From Bdellovibrionota bacterium (GTDB lineage: Bacteria > Bdellovibrionota_C > UBA2361 > CALJRW01), in NCBI GenBank assembly GCA_041740355.1, contig JBGSMD010000009.1, forward strand, positions 66,864 through 130,863: DNA of 64,000 bases, written 5' to 3'. The notes below the pieces were generated by a model that worked only from the letters and a program-made list of their open reading frames with translations, was not told the origin of the DNA and did no database searches. The translations under genes were made by a program, and so were the position numbers. Shown here piece after piece: positions 63,621-64,000 of this stretch; the stretch's first letter is position 1; each line of letters begins with the position of its first letter.

Positions 63621-64000
63621 TTCTTTCTTTTTAGAAATTAATTAATTCAGTAACTGTCCTATAATTATATTAAGTTTATTAACTCATTTATAAACATAAA
63701 TTAAATTTCCCAGAAGCATTGGCACTCTTCATTATCTCGTTTATATATATTTTAAATTTTTTATTTTTCTCAAACCGATACTTGCTATTATTAGCTAGTT
63801 CTAAAGGCAAAGCACACTCAATATCTGACCCCCTAGGCTCAATGACTCCAATAATTGATAGAGAATTTAAAATATTCAACTTTTGCTTTTCAAATGGAAG
63901 ATATGAAGAATCATCCACGCAAGAAAAAATTTTTTGTGAAACAACATTAAAATCAGTACAACTGGAATCATTAAGATCAACGATAAGAACATATGGAATA

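Noticed and set aside
63688-63918. 76-aa ORF after tRNA-His
   Set aside because: AT-rich region at the window edge with no support beyond ORF length. It could be part of an island beyond the window but cannot be judged.

Overview
Low-GC (~38%) bacterial chromosomal window, mostly housekeeping genes, with several unusual loci.

Housekeeping content:
- dnaB
- cysK
- ychF
- mreB
- hbd
- purA
- the rimP-nusA-ylxR-infB-rbfA-nrnA-truB operon
- pgk
- ilvC
- amt
- metH
- an M42 peptidase
- a gldA/F/G-like ABC transporter
- three tRNAs: Met-CAT, Lys-TTT, His-GTG
- an RNase P RNA gene (rnpB), found on the minus strand at about 9956-10362 where the ORF track shows nothing

Unusual loci:
1. A four-gene minus-strand operon (3613-7943) encodes clear orthologues of the mycobacterial decaprenyl-phosphate arabinose enzymes: DprE1, DprE2, and a UbiA-family phosphoribosyltransferase with an N-terminal HAD phosphatase domain. 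A GT2 enzyme sits alongside. Two GT-C-type membrane glycosyltransferases (an ArnT/PMT-like protein and a DUF2723 protein) lie elsewhere in the window. I read this as a lipid-linked pentose (D-Araf-like) glycosylation system outside the Actinobacteria.
2. A response-regulator receiver domain is fused to a catalytically intact LpxC (30632-31930).
3. Two adjacent secreted Hint/BIL-domain proteins (22746-26957) share a 5' leader motif. One is a 1075-aa protein built from about 18 CxxCGDG...ECD cysteine-rich repeats. A second Cys-repeat protein at 41432-42640 carries a 93-bp tandem duplication.
4. The P12 hairpin of rnpB is a repeat element that also occurs downstream of tRNA-Met.
5. Both tRNA-Met and tRNA-Lys are followed about 100 bp downstream by direct partial copies of their own 3' ends, an att-like footprint.
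6. A 167-bp x2 tandem repeat carrying terminator hairpins, plus a GC-rich dispersed intergenic repeat family.
7. A candidate ilvC leader peptide (…RVILLL) and attenuator.

All calls rest on motif-level reading of the supplied translations and sequence. No database searches were possible.
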